DNA of 64,000 nt from Chlamydiales bacterium (GCA_029240075.1 JARBTQ010000006.1:2544-66543); one strand, 5' to 3'; positions 19,341 to 30,520 are shown, numbered from the stretch's first letter. Translations and numbers: made by a program. The notes: generated by a model not told the origin, from the sequence alone.

Positions 19341-20027
19341 ATGGAAATTTTATTTGAAGATAACCATGTACTAGTAGTTAACAAACCAGCTGGGCTTTTA
19401 ACTCAGCCAAACAATATTGCTAAAGATAGTTTAGAGTTGCAAGCTAAGGCCTGGATCAAGACGAAATACAGTAAGCCAGGGGAAGTGTTTCTGCATGCTG
19501 TACATAGAATAGATAAAGCTGTTAGTGGAATTGTAGTGTTTGCAAGGACGTCTAAAGCTTTAAGCCGTCTACAGAGTAGTATGAGAAATCGGGAGATTCA
19601 AAAAAACTACTTAGCTTTATTAGAAGGTCACTTGAAGAATCACTCTGGAACATTAGAACATTACTTAGTGCATGATGATTTCTGTGCAAGGGTTGTAGAC
19701 AAGAATGTAGTTGATGGTAAAAAATCAAGACTTTCCTATCTAGTGAAAGGGTATATTGATAACTACACTTATGTCGAGATAGAACTTGAAACAGGGCGCT
19801 ATCATCAGATTAGAGTGCAATTTGCAGCAATAGGTTATCCTATTGTTGGAGATATCAAATACAAAGCATCTGTTTGTAATCTTTTGCCATCAGAAGAGAT
19901 TGCTTTGCACCACTATGAAATTAGCTTTCCCCATCCTACTCTAAAAAATACCGTTTCTGTACAAGCCCCTCTTCCTGACAATAATGCTTGGAGATTATTA
20001 AATTCAGGAGAAATATCTAAAGTATGA
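19341..20027 (+). CDS. RluA-family pseudouridine synthase (no S4)
   Basis: NKPAG, HRIDKAVSG, TGRYHQIR, LHH; start set at ATG 19341 (MEILFEDNH). Confidence 0.9.
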   Translation: MEILFEDNHVLVVNKPAGLLTQPNNIAKDSLELQAKAWIKTKYSKPGEVFLHAVHRIDKAVSGIVVFARTSKALSRLQSSMRNREIQKNYLALLEGHLKNHSGTLEHYLVHDDFCARVVDKNVVDGKKSRLSYLVKGYIDNYTYVEIELETGRYHQIRVQFAAIGYPIVGDIKYKASVCNLLPSEEIALHHYEISFPHPTLKNTVSVQAPLPDNNAWRLLNSGEISKV

Positions 20028-20809
20028 AAACATTAGTAATGAAATTTGGAGGCGCTGCTGTAGCTCATACCCACTGTTTTGGGCAAATAGCTGATATTAT
20101 AATAGATCGTTCTAAGTCTTATGATAACATAATAGTCGTTATAAGTGCTATGGGGGACTCCACTAACCAGCTAATAGCATTAGCTAAGCAGGTTAACCCT
20201 AATCCACCCTCAAGAGAGTACGACATGCTTATTAGTGTAGGAGAGCGTGTAAGTATGTCGTTATTAGCTATGGCCTTGCATTTGAAAAATCAGGATGCGG
20301 CAAGTTTTACAGGCAGTCAGGCAGGAATCATTACTTCAAATAGTCATACAGAAGCTCACATTATAGAAGTAAGGCCCTATAGACTGTTGAATAGGTTGGA
20401 AAAAAACCATATAGTAATCGTTGCAGGTTTCCAAGGGGTTAGTAAACATGGCGATATTACTACTTTAGGTAGGGGAGGGAGTGATACAACAGCGGTTGCT
20501 TTAGCTGCGGCTCTTAGTGCGGAAAAGGTCGAATTTTTAAAGGATGTTGAAGGGATTTATGATAAGGATCCTCATCTCTATTCAAATGCTTTTCTCTACC
20601 CCGAAATAAACTATCAAAAAGCCTTAGATCTTACTCTAAATGGAGCTAAGGTTTTGCAATCGCGTGCAGTAGTTTTAGCTCAGAAAAATAGAATCCCTTT
20701 ACATGTTCTTTCTTTTAATAAATTCTTTGATTCTAGTCATAAAGGTACTTGGGTAAGAGATAATAGTCTGTCTAGGCTTGAACAGCCTATATATGAAGAA
20801 GATATATGA
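20024..20809 (+). CDS. lysC: Aspartate kinase, catalytic domain only
   Basis: VMKFGG, VISAMG, GFQG...TTLGRGGSDTTA, DV.GIY..DP; no ACT domains. Confidence 0.88.
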   Translation: MKTLVMKFGGAAVAHTHCFGQIADIIIDRSKSYDNIIVVISAMGDSTNQLIALAKQVNPNPPSREYDMLISVGERVSMSLLAMALHLKNQDAASFTGSQAGIITSNSHTEAHIIEVRPYRLLNRLEKNHIVIVAGFQGVSKHGDITTLGRGGSDTTAVALAAALSAEKVEFLKDVEGIYDKDPHLYSNAFLYPEINYQKALDLTLNGAKVLQSRAVVLAQKNRIPLHVLSFNKFFDSSHKGTWVRDNSLSRLEQPIYEEDI

Positions 20810-20870
20810 AATATACTGCTCTGAAAATTTAAATATTAATAAGATTTTAAAGTTCTTTATAGGATGATGA

Positions 20871-22841
20871 ATGTTTAATAAATTAGAAGTTAACCTCCCT
20901 TTTGTCAATGCTATCGACTCTACAAAGTTTTATAAATTTTATCAAACTGCTATCGTAAAGATTTTAAAAAAAGTTATTAATTCAACAAATTTAGCAAAAA
21001 CTAAGGTTCTAAAAGAACAAGCTTTAACAGATTATCTACAATCTAAATTGCCTATAGTTTCCTATTTCTCACATCAGGATGGGGACGATATGGTTTTATC
21101 TTTTTATCTCTTATGTACATACAAATATAATCCTTATGCAAACAAGTTCTTCTACGATATGATACAACGTTGGTTGTCGCCAGGGGAAAAACTAACGGTT
21201 CTAGCATATTTTACGACACACTTCGCATTGCCTCAAATAAATAATGAACTGTATTCTATAGCCGAGCTTGTTGTCCTACTCAAAAATACTAACGAAGAAA
21301 ATTTGCCAAAAGACAATCTAGCTGTTTTGCAAGCTGAAATTAAATTGGGTGCTGTATCGCACTATCAGGCAAACAGAATTTTAGAAATTAAGGGGCTTTC
21401 TGTTGATGAAAAAACGGCTCTTATTCAAGAGCATATTTCAAAGTTAATCTGTCGATATCCAGAAATAGGGCACGATATATTTACTGAGATGCAACATTTC
21501 TTAGTCATGTGTAATGAGTCTTTCAAAAAAAGACGTGAATATCGGCATATGAGCCGTATTATATTTGTGCATTATCTGTTTAGAAAAGAAATTGTAAATC
21601 TTTCAAAGCAGGATGAGGAGCAGCATCACTTAAGAATTAAAATTGTCAAAACAAGCTTGAATTCTGAAAGTGTAGAGGAAAGAAAATTCATTTTAGGTAT
21701 TATTGTAGCTCTTAATCTCTCTAAAGATAATGAATTATTTGAGCAACATCATCTCTTAAAAGCTATTCAACATCTGATTCCTAATGCTTGTCTTGTAGAG
21801 GAGTCATTCTACATTAATTATAATCGTTTAGATCGAATTTGTTCCCTTTATCTAGAAGTTGAAAAAGAAGGGCAATGTGATTTTTCTTTAAATGAAATAG
21901 CATCCTTAAAAAAAGGGTTACCAGCTCAGATAAGGCTAAGGATTGAGAAAAGGCTGCAGCCATTATTTATGCCTCGTAATGAAGAGGAAATTATGCGACA
22001 TATTGTAGCATTAAGCAATCAGCTAAAGTTTACACGCGATATGCCACAAGTAGTCATTGTATTTAATAGGCAAGCTGATGGAGAACTAATATTCACTGTT
22101 ATTTTGTTAAGAATACTAAAATCTGAATCAATTCGTGTGGAAGAACTCCTACAGCCTCAGTCCCCCGTGCAAAAATGTGCGTTAGAGCAGTCTCGGACTG
22201 TTGGATTTGTGCGTCGGTCTTATCCTAAAGAGGCTAATGTCTTTCATCTCTATCTGGATTCTTCTCTATTCCTTCGTGAAGACTTATCCGTTGATTTACA
22301 TAAAGCTCGCCAATCAATAGTTCAATATTTAAAAAATGTTTTTGGTGATTTTAGAGATTATAATGGGGGGATGATTGCAAAAGAACATGAACAATTTTGT
22401 AGAGTACAAGCATTAGTTGAAGAATCTGTTAAATTCATCAGTTATGATGAGTTCTTATTAGAAAATTATTTTTATGCTTTAACACCTGTTGTTACACGTA
22501 GTGTTATTTCCCCTTATTCTTTGTATAAAGGCTTTACTGCCTTATTAAATACGATCAAGGAGTTGGAGGCTATTAATTCTTTTACAGGGCCATACTATTG
22601 TTATTTACAAAATGAAGCAGATTTTGTTGTTGCAATCATAGCCACGGCTGATAGTTCTATAAAAGATTCATTGATCCAAAAGTTACTACCTTATATTTCA
22701 CAAACAAATCTACAGTTAGTTACGAGCTGTGTTAAAGTGAATAATACATTTTATTTAATCTACTTATATCGCTCAAGCAATACTGAAGAAAGTCAAGTTT
22801 TCATAAATAACGTTCTGGATGATTTGAATAAAGCTAATTAG
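20871..22841 (+). CDS. Large hypothetical protein
   Basis: 656-aa ORF; FMPRNEEE and RDYNGGM segments look conserved; no family recognised. Confidence 0.75.
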   Translation: MFNKLEVNLPFVNAIDSTKFYKFYQTAIVKILKKVINSTNLAKTKVLKEQALTDYLQSKLPIVSYFSHQDGDDMVLSFYLLCTYKYNPYANKFFYDMIQRWLSPGEKLTVLAYFTTHFALPQINNELYSIAELVVLLKNTNEENLPKDNLAVLQAEIKLGAVSHYQANRILEIKGLSVDEKTALIQEHISKLICRYPEIGHDIFTEMQHFLVMCNESFKKRREYRHMSRIIFVHYLFRKEIVNLSKQDEEQHHLRIKIVKTSLNSESVEERKFILGIIVALNLSKDNELFEQHHLLKAIQHLIPNACLVEESFYINYNRLDRICSLYLEVEKEGQCDFSLNEIASLKKGLPAQIRLRIEKRLQPLFMPRNEEEIMRHIVALSNQLKFTRDMPQVVIVFNRQADGELIFTVILLRILKSESIRVEELLQPQSPVQKCALEQSRTVGFVRRSYPKEANVFHLYLDSSLFLREDLSVDLHKARQSIVQYLKNVFGDFRDYNGGMIAKEHEQFCRVQALVEESVKFISYDEFLLENYFYALTPVVTRSVISPYSLYKGFTALLNTIKELEAINSFTGPYYCYLQNEADFVVAIIATADSSIKDSLIQKLLPYISQTNLQLVTSCVKVNNTFYLIYLYRSSNTEESQVFINNVLDDLNKAN

Positions 22842-22889
22842 AATGTATAATGGAAAAAAAAGGATAGATTGAAACTTGAAGAAAAAGAA

Positions 22890-22961
22890 CTCCGGGTGCA
22901 AGATTCGAACTTGCGACCAATGGATTAACAGTCCACTGCTCTACCGCTGAGCTAACCCGGA
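22890..22961 (-). tRNA. tRNA-Asn (GTT)
   Basis: Reverse complement TCCGGGTTAGCTCAGCGGTAGAGCAGTGGACTGTTAATCCATTGGTCGCAAGTTCGAATCTTGCACCCGGAG forms a cloverleaf; CCA not encoded. Confidence 0.97.
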
Positions 22962-23368
22962 ATATCGTTTTGTTGTACCTTATTCTATTCATATCGATAT
23001 TTTAGTGCAAATTTTTTATGAAGAGAAAGAGATGGATTATTTGACCCTTCTACAGTAGGTTATAGGTGTTTTTTTTGTCGATATAGAAAATGTTATGCAA
23101 AAATACTAAGCTTGACTTTTTCTATTAATTAATTAAAAACTAGAAGCTTACGTTTTATTTTATTGATTCCGTCTTAAAAATACGTTCTCATTAAATTCCT
23201 GAAAATCTTAAAAGGTTTAAAGTTTATTTGGGAACGGAAGGCTAAAGGTATAGTGAATTTTTTGCAGAGAACTATGGGAGCTAGTAATAAGAAACTATGT
23301 AAGATATCTTATAGGAAATAAGTACCTATTGTTAGGTAAAATGGCCCTTAAAAAGTGAAAATAACCCT

Positions 23369-23392
23369 CCCCTTAATTTTATCCTTAAGGGG
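23369..23392 (-). terminator. Hairpin downstream of rho and its downstream gene
   Basis: CCCCTTAA-loop-TTAAGGGG. Confidence 0.4.
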
Positions 23393-23448
23393 CGGATTAA
23401 ATCAAAAGGGGGAAATTTTAACTAGAGAGTTATTGAATGACGACGCTA

Positions 23449-24291
23449 TTATTGGAGAGAAAATAACTGCATTTGTTTGCCGTTTAATGAATTCCAGTAA
23501 GTCGTGATTAGAGATCCATCTCGGGTGTTTTTTACAACAATCTTGTGGACGGGTAAAAATACTTCTTTTTCGGAACGTATAGCAAAGTCTAAACCAAATG
23601 CTGAATTTGCAATCTCTTTGATCTGTACGGAGCTATAAGCTTTAGGAATCCTAGCTCCAGATTCTGGCTGGAATTGTGTAACCAAAGGTTCGTTTATGAA
23701 TGTTTCTGGCAAAACATTCAGTCTAGGATTGTCAAAGTGTAGTCTATAATCATTGCCAGTTTGCACAATTAACTTTTTTTTCCTGCAGCTAGCTAATAAA
23801 TTATCTAGAATATCTTCATCCATGTTTAGAGCTTGAATCAATTTAGCTCGATCACATTTAGAACCACTTTTTGCTATTGTGTTAATTATTTTAAACTCTT
23901 CTCTTGTTGTATGAGCATGTAGGCAATCTTTAAAACCGTGGGTTTTCTCCCAAGTATTCGTATTGGTTACCATCTCCCCATCCGCTAATCCCCAAAGAAT
24001 AATACCCTCTCCTGTTTGGCTTTCCTTGCTATATTTTACTTCTAGCATGAGGTAAGGGTAAAATTGGATTGTAGGGGCTAAAATTTCATATTGCGTATTT
24101 TTTACAATCTGTTTGTTATAATTTTCTAGAATATTTTCTGCTGTATAACGCATTTCAAATGTATAGATAGGTGCTTGTGGCATGTGACGTTCGACAAAAT
24201 TTTCGACGCTGGGGTTATGTGTCCATAACCACCATCCTCCATATCCTAGGGCAGCAAGAAAAAATACTGAATAAATGAATCCACGAAACAT
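23449..24291 (-). CDS. Membrane-anchored hypothetical protein (position of Chlamydia CT490)
   Basis: N-terminal TM; PYLMLEVKY, WGL.DGEMV, WE.THGF..C; directly downstream of rho. Confidence 0.75.
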   Translation of the reverse strand: MFRGFIYSVFFLAALGYGGWWLWTHNPSVENFVERHMPQAPIYTFEMRYTAENILENYNKQIVKNTQYEILAPTIQFYPYLMLEVKYSKESQTGEGIILWGLADGEMVTNTNTWEKTHGFKDCLHAHTTREEFKIINTIAKSGSKCDRAKLIQALNMDEDILDNLLASCRKKKLIVQTGNDYRLHFDNPRLNVLPETFINEPLVTQFQPESGARIPKAYSSVQIKEIANSAFGLDFAIRSEKEVFLPVHKIVVKNTRDGSLITTYWNSLNGKQMQLFSLQ

Positions 24292-24396
24292 TCTGTTATC
24301 CTATTTGTTAGCAATAAAGATAAGTTATTGAACTTCTTTCGAATCTTTATTTTCGTTAGCTTGATAAACCTTTACAAAGCTAATTTTGAAAAACGT

Positions 24397-25776
24397 CTAT
24401 TCCTTCATTGATAATAGAAATTCAATATTGCTATTTGTCTTCTTTAATCGGCTTAAAAGCGAGTTCATTGCATCCCAGGAAGTAAGTCCTGCCATATGAC
24501 CCCGGAGATTATACATCTTCTCTAATTCATCGCGATGACAGAGCAAATCTTCTTTACGGGTTCCGCTCTTGACAGGGTCAATAGCTGGATACATGCGTCG
24601 ATCTGCTAGATAACGATCTAATACAAGTTCCATATTGCCTGTACCTTTAAATTCCTCAAAGATAACCTCATCCATACGGGATCCAGTATCAATTAAGGCT
24701 GTAGCAATGATTGTAAGTGATCCACCTTGTTCCACATTACGCGCAGCACCAAAAAAACGCTTGGGCTTATGTAACGCATTTGCATCAACACCGCCTGTCA
24801 AAATCTTACCAGAATGCGGTTGTACAGTGTTATATGCTCTTGCTAAACGCGTTAAGGAATCTAGTAGGATTACGACATCATAGCCGTATTCTACTAGACG
24901 ACGAGCCTTTTCTATAGCCATTTCAGCTACTTGAACGTGCCTTTCAGGAGCCTCATCAAAAGTTGAAGCAACTACTTCCCCTTTAACAACGCGAATCATG
25001 TCAGTAACTTCTTCTGGACGTTCATCGATTAATAGAACGATCAAGACGCATTCTGGATTGTTTTTGGCGATAGAATTGGCTATGCTTTGTAAAACCATGG
25101 TTTTACCAGAGCGGGGAGGAGCTACAACCAAAGCTCTTTGGCCTTTACCAATAGGGGCTACTAAGTCAATAACTCGTCCGGTTAGGTTTTCCTTTGTAGT
25201 TTCCATAACCAAGCGTTGATTAGGGTAAAGTGGTGTTAGATTTTCAAATAAAACACGATCAACAGCTTTATCTGGAGACTTCCCATTGATCCTATCAACT
25301 TTTAGTAAGGCAAAGTATTTTTCTTTCTCTTTAGGAGATCTAATTGTTCCCGAGATTGTATCCCCTTTTTTGAGGTCAAAGCGTCGAATTTGGGCAGGAG
25401 ATACATAAATATCTTCAGCTGAAGGTAAATAGTTATACATCGGAGATCTAAGAAATCCAAATCCGTCGGGTAAGACTTCTAATACTCCCTCCCCATAAAG
25501 AACTTCATCAGGTTTTTCAGACTTAATTTTTACAATTTCAAATACCGTCTGAGACTTTGACATTGAGCCAATATTTTTCAATCCCATGGATCGGGCGTAT
25601 TGGTTGAGTATCTCAATATCCATGCGCTGCAGCTCTGAAATTTTAGTGATAGCCGCTAGAGGGGAGTGCTGGCTTTCAGACTCTTCATGCCGAAGATGTA
25701 AATTTTCACTAGTTTCAGGGGTATCTAATATCTCTGTTCCTTGTGGTGATCCTTGAGAATTTTTTGGACGGGCCAT
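24397..25776 (-). CDS. rho: Transcription termination factor Rho
   Basis: [53 protein letters not shown]. Confidence 0.98.
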   Translation of the reverse strand: MARPKNSQGSPQGTEILDTPETSENLHLRHEESESQHSPLAAITKISELQRMDIEILNQYARSMGLKNIGSMSKSQTVFEIVKIKSEKPDEVLYGEGVLEVLPDGFGFLRSPMYNYLPSAEDIYVSPAQIRRFDLKKGDTISGTIRSPKEKEKYFALLKVDRINGKSPDKAVDRVLFENLTPLYPNQRLVMETTKENLTGRVIDLVAPIGKGQRALVVAPPRSGKTMVLQSIANSIAKNNPECVLIVLLIDERPEEVTDMIRVVKGEVVASTFDEAPERHVQVAEMAIEKARRLVEYGYDVVILLDSLTRLARAYNTVQPHSGKILTGGVDANALHKPKRFFGAARNVEQGGSLTIIATALIDTGSRMDEVIFEEFKGTGNMELVLDRYLADRRMYPAIDPVKSGTRKEDLLCHRDELEKMYNLRGHMAGLTSWDAMNSLLSRLKKTNSNIEFLLSMKE

Positions 25777-26381
25777 TCAATAAAGCTCCTAAATTTTTTA
25801 AGAAGGTATTCTTGTTATAATGGTTTTAGCAATGAGAAAAATGATTTTAAAAAGGAAAGGGAGGTTTTGAATTTGTAGATTGGTGAATAACTGAAGTCGA
25901 TAATATGAAAATCGGGCTTTTTATTCCTATTACAAAGGATCAGATCTGTTTTTTTATAACTCATTGCCTTACTTTAGTTAGGTACGTTTTTATTTCCTTA
26001 TTCACTTGAGAAAAGATTGTATTGTCTATTGCTAAGTTAATCCAGAGCTTCAAGGAAATCTAAGTAGAGAGTTGCTATATTTATTTTTAAAGAACTTATA
26101 ACTCTTCGAAAATAAAGCTATACTTACTCATATTGATTGATCTGGATAAACCCAACGTTTCTCATACACAAAATAGGGAACTAACAGGAGGTTTTCTGCA
26201 CAGTTTCTTTGTTTCTTAAAAAGAACAATTTAAAATTGATAAGCCCTTAATAACATCTATGAAATAAATGGATGTGAATAAAATGGCATTTTTTATGGCT
26301 ATATCAAATCTAGCAAAGAAATGGTTAAGCATAGATTGTTACAGAACTAAATCAGTAAATGTAACATAATTTAGTCCCAAT

Positions 26382-29105
26382 TTAGCATTCCTCCCAATTT
26401 TTGCCAACGGCTATATCAATAATTAATGGAACTTTTAGCTGCCATACCCCTTGCATCTCGTTCTTAACTAGTTTTTGTAAGCTTTCAAGCTCTGTTTGAT
26501 GAACCTCAAAAAGCAATTCATCATGGATTTGTAATAGCATTTTAGCTTTTAGCTCTTGTTTATCGATCTCTTGTGAAACACGTTGCATTGCAATTTTGAT
26601 TAAATCAGCAGCACTTCCCTGAATAGGGGTATTGATAGCTAAACGTTCAGATGCTTGCCTTATCATTCCATTTCTATGTAAGATATCTGGAATAGGACGC
26701 TGACGATTCATCATAGTTTTGGCTTGAAAGGTTTTGCGAGCTACCTCTTTCTGTTCTTCTAAATATTGTCTGATTCGAGGGAATTTATGAAAATATTGCT
26801 CAATAAATTCAGCAGCTTCTTTAACAGAGATGTTTAGCTGTTGTGATAGGCCATAGGCTTGTTGGCCATATACAATTCCAAAGTTAATAGCTTTAGCCTG
26901 GTACCTCTGTTCATGAGTCACTTCTTCAATAGGTATATGAAAGATCTGAGCTGCAGTTGATTTATGAATATCCAGGCCTTCATTAAAGGCATTTATTAGT
27001 AATGGATCTTCGCTTAAATGAGCTAAGATGCGCAGTTCAATCTGCGAATAGTCTGCAGCCAAAAAGTAATATTCAGAAAACTGTGGGTGAAAGGCATGTC
27101 GTATCATTCGTCCTATTTCTGTCCTGACAGGAATGTTTTGTAGATTAGGATTTTGACAAGCCAAGCGTCCTGTTGCTGCTGTAACCTGGTTAAAGTTACA
27201 ATGAATTCTATGAGTAAGGGAATTAACCGATTCTATTAGAGAATTAATATATGTAGACCGTAGTTTTTCTAGTGAGCGGTATTCTAAAATTGTAGAAACA
27301 ATTGGATGCTGCCATTTAATAGACTCTAAAATATCTGCCCCAGTTGAAAAGCTAGTCCCCCCTTTTTTAGGTAAAGATAATTGAAGCTTTTCATATAAAA
27401 TTTGACTCAGCTGTTTGGGCGAATTGAGATTAAATTGCTCTCCAGCAAGTTCATAGACATTATTCTCAAGTCTAGAAAGTTGAGTTTCAACTTCCTGGCC
27501 TAATTTCTTGAGAAATTCAGTATCAACATAAATGCCCGCTCGCTCCATTCTAAATAAAATTTTAATAAGGGGTAACTCAACTTCTTTTAATAAAGCAAAA
27601 AGGTCTCTTTGTTTTAACTCTTCCTCCAATTTGTATTTAAGGCGACAAGTCATATCCACATCTTCACAACAATAGTTAGAAATGAGGAGCAAAGGGACTT
27701 CTAACATACTAATTTGCTTTTTCCCTTTACCTATAAGAGATTCGATCGGAACTTTAATATATTGGAAATGCTCGATAGATAGATCATCTAAATTGTGGCG
27801 ATAGGTATCGGGGTGTAAAAGATAAGATGCGATCATAGTATCGAAGCTAATATTAGCAACAGCTATTCCATGATTTGCGAGGATATGTAGATCATACTTA
27901 ACATTATGTCCATAGAAATTGAGATTTCTATTTTCAAATAAGGGTTTTAAAAACTTTAGTACAATAGAAGAATCTAATGTACTATTGAAGGGAATATACC
28001 AACTTTGACCAGGTTTTACTCCTAATCCAACACCAACAATAGATGCTTGTAACTGCTCAAGGCCTGTCGTTTCTGTGTCAAAACAGATCTCTTCCGTCTG
28101 TGAATTTAAGTATTCACATAGCTCTTTAAGCTGTTCGATAGAGTTGATCGTTTGATAGTCCTTTATAAAATCTTGCTTTTGAACAGGGGAAAGGTATGTA
28201 GGAATTAAGAGATCGTTAGAGTTGTCTTGTCGAGAGATGCGTTGCTCTTGAGTTACTAATTCTTTAATTAACGATTGGAAGCCCATCTGTTGATAAAATG
28301 TCTTTAACGGGGCTAGATCTCTAGTAGGATTTAAATAGAAGAAAGATTCATCTTGGGGGAACTCTACATCTGTATGTAAGGTAGCTAGATCTTTACTTAA
28401 GCGAGCTATATCGGCCTCTTGTCGCAGTGTATCCTGTTTCTTTTGACCGGAAACTTTTTCAATACTAGCAAGGATATTTTCTAAGGAGCCAAATTGTTTC
28501 AGTAAAGTTACAGCAGTTTTAGGGCCAAAACCTGTTATACCGGGTATATTATCGGATGCATCCCCTGTAATCGCTAAATAGTCTACAATTTGATGAGGAG
28601 GAATACCATAGATTTCTTCAACCCCTTTTTCATCAATAATGAGGTTATCTTTATGCATGTGGATAACCTTGATTTTGCTGGAAACAAGCTGACAAAGATC
28701 TTTATCTGATGAGCAGATATAAACTTCGGCTCCTTGACCTGCAGCCCATAATGCTATACTCCCTATAGTATCGTCAGCCTCTACATTAGGGACGGCCAAA
28801 TGGGGAATTCCTGCTTGCTTGCAATAATCTTGGGCTAGATGGATTTGTGAAATAAGATCTGGAGGAGTTTCTTTACGATGACTTTTGTAGTCAGCATATA
28901 TCTCCGTACGCTTCTGCTTATTATTAATCCCATCGAAGATAGCAACAATATGCTGAGGCAAAAAGTCTTTTTGTAAGCGTATAAGAGCACGAGCAAAACC
29001 AAAAAGAGCTTGTGTAGGAACTCCCTGTGGATTATTCATAGGGGGAAGTGCAAAGTAAGAACGGTAAATAACACCAGATGCATCTATTAAATAAATCTTA
29101 TCCAT
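26382..29105 (-). CDS. polA: DNA polymerase I
   Basis: 5'-3' exo (YLIDA, EADD, GDASDNIPG), 3'-5' exo (FDTETT), polymerase motifs ADYSQIELR, AKAINFG, LQIHDEL; start set at ATG MDKIY. Confidence 0.98.
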   Translation of the reverse strand: MDKIYLIDASGVIYRSYFALPPMNNPQGVPTQALFGFARALIRLQKDFLPQHIVAIFDGINNKQKRTEIYADYKSHRKETPPDLISQIHLAQDYCKQAGIPHLAVPNVEADDTIGSIALWAAGQGAEVYICSSDKDLCQLVSSKIKVIHMHKDNLIIDEKGVEEIYGIPPHQIVDYLAITGDASDNIPGITGFGPKTAVTLLKQFGSLENILASIEKVSGQKKQDTLRQEADIARLSKDLATLHTDVEFPQDESFFYLNPTRDLAPLKTFYQQMGFQSLIKELVTQEQRISRQDNSNDLLIPTYLSPVQKQDFIKDYQTINSIEQLKELCEYLNSQTEEICFDTETTGLEQLQASIVGVGLGVKPGQSWYIPFNSTLDSSIVLKFLKPLFENRNLNFYGHNVKYDLHILANHGIAVANISFDTMIASYLLHPDTYRHNLDDLSIEHFQYIKVPIESLIGKGKKQISMLEVPLLLISNYCCEDVDMTCRLKYKLEEELKQRDLFALLKEVELPLIKILFRMERAGIYVDTEFLKKLGQEVETQLSRLENNVYELAGEQFNLNSPKQLSQILYEKLQLSLPKKGGTSFSTGADILESIKWQHPIVSTILEYRSLEKLRSTYINSLIESVNSLTHRIHCNFNQVTAATGRLACQNPNLQNIPVRTEIGRMIRHAFHPQFSEYYFLAADYSQIELRILAHLSEDPLLINAFNEGLDIHKSTAAQIFHIPIEEVTHEQRYQAKAINFGIVYGQQAYGLSQQLNISVKEAAEFIEQYFHKFPRIRQYLEEQKEVARKTFQAKTMMNRQRPIPDILHRNGMIRQASERLAINTPIQGSAADLIKIAMQRVSQEIDKQELKAKMLLQIHDELLFEVHQTELESLQKLVKNEMQGVWQLKVPLIIDIAVGKNWEEC

Positions 29106-29427
29106 TATGGCCAAAGTGATGGAGGGTTTTAAATCTTCGCTTTATCTTAAGATTATCTAATTTAACGAGCTTCTATACAGAATGCAATTAAATAGTAGAC
29201 TTCCTTAGCACCTCTTTTTCTTAAGAGCTTGCTATTTTCAGAACAGATAATTTTAAAAGAGCTTTACAGAGTATACACGAGAAATATGTTAAAGAGATAC
29301 ATAGAGAGAAATTTTGGTGAATAAGGGGTCACTCAATAGTTCTTAAATATAGATAGAGCTATTGTAATACCGTATTTACCAAAATTTATTAGATGCGACC
29401 GCTAAAGAATTATCTAAGAACCATGCA

Positions 29428-29454
29428 GTCCCCTCATTGGCTCGATGAGGGGAC
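29428..29454 (-). terminator. GC-rich hairpin after the 148-aa ORF
   Basis: GTCCCCTCATTG-GCT-CGATGAGGGGAC. Confidence 0.55.
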
Positions 29455-29510
29455 ATAGTTATCTTTATTACAGCAGGTCGATGTTATTTTATGCTTTCTC
29501 TTATCTTCCT

Positions 29511-29957
29511 CTAACTCTTTTCATGTGTTTTTCGATGAGCTTCCATTTCTTGTCGAAGGCTATTTACTTCCTGTATAGCTTCTTTTAAGTTCTTTTCAGC
29601 CTGTGTTGATGCCTCTGCCAATACACTGCCAGCCTGGGCCAATGATCCTTGTAATTCTCCTATATATGAATTTGTTGTACTCTTAATCATTTCAAGAATT
29701 GCTTCAATTGCCTTTTTTCTTGCTTTATTCATGTGGGCAGTATCTGAAGAAGCAGTTAGTTTTGATTGGGGTAGACTTGAGCGACTTTTCTGCTCCGTTG
29801 TATTAAGATAATCCATTAAATCGTTAGCAACCTTATTAATTAAATTATCTAAAGCTGCTTTTTCTGAATCTTTTCCTTTGGAATTAGTAATAACGTTTAC
29901 CGGTGACTGTGTGTTGTTTATGCTATTATTTGAACCAAAGCCTTTGACGGGTTCCAT
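29511..29957 (-). CDS. Hypothetical helical protein, possible type III-secreted substrate
   Basis: AAGGAGG RBS, S/N/P-rich N-terminus, coiled-coil C-terminus. Confidence 0.7.
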   Translation of the reverse strand: MEPVKGFGSNNSINNTQSPVNVITNSKGKDSEKAALDNLINKVANDLMDYLNTTEQKSRSSLPQSKLTASSDTAHMNKARKKAIEAILEMIKSTTNSYIGELQGSLAQAGSVLAEASTQAEKNLKEAIQEVNSLRQEMEAHRKTHEKS

Positions 29958-30327
29958 ATAATCCTCCTTATTTAATAAGCTTGTAATGTTTTGTTTAATA
30001 ATACGGGTATACTATTTTTTATTTTAAGTAAAACTTTCATTCCATTTTTAAAAATATGTTTATTTATTATCTTTTTAAGATTGCGCTTAAGATGTGTTAA
30101 TTCTATTTCTTTAAATTATTTTAATTTAAATCGTAGCAAGGAGTAAAGCAACTCTCTTAAGTGTTATTTATGTGGAACCAGAGCCTTCATGTACCTGATT
30201 TGATTCTCAAAAGCTGTACAAAAAAGTCTATAAATTCCCGTAAATCAACCCTTTTGTTGAAAATGTTTACTTCATTCTGCCCAAAATGCGCGAAAGCATG
30301 GACAAAAAAACCGGCATCGTTCAAATA

Positions 30328-30520
30328 GAGGAAATCAGGATGAATTAAACAAAGAACCTAAGTGGGGCTTGTTCTGCCATCTAAAGAACGCGTAGGGTGA
30401 CCAGACCTTTTGTAGTGATAGTTTTTGAAAATGGGCCGCTTGTATAACAGTATTTGTTCACTCTAATAGCACCCTCGCATCTATTCAAGGACGGAACCAG
30501 GTAATTCATCGTATTGCCTC
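30328..30520 (+). ncRNA. Candidate structured RNA (rod-like hairpin) upstream of fliF
   Basis: Nested pairings GAGG/CCTC, GATGAATTA/TAATTCATC, GTTCTGCC/GGACGGAAC, GCGTAGGGTG/CACCCTCGC, AGTGA/TCACT; GC-richer than flanks. Confidence 0.45.

Noticed and set aside
22890-23448. tRNA-Asn as an island integration site
   Set aside because: No integrase nearby and no duplicated tRNA 3' end seen
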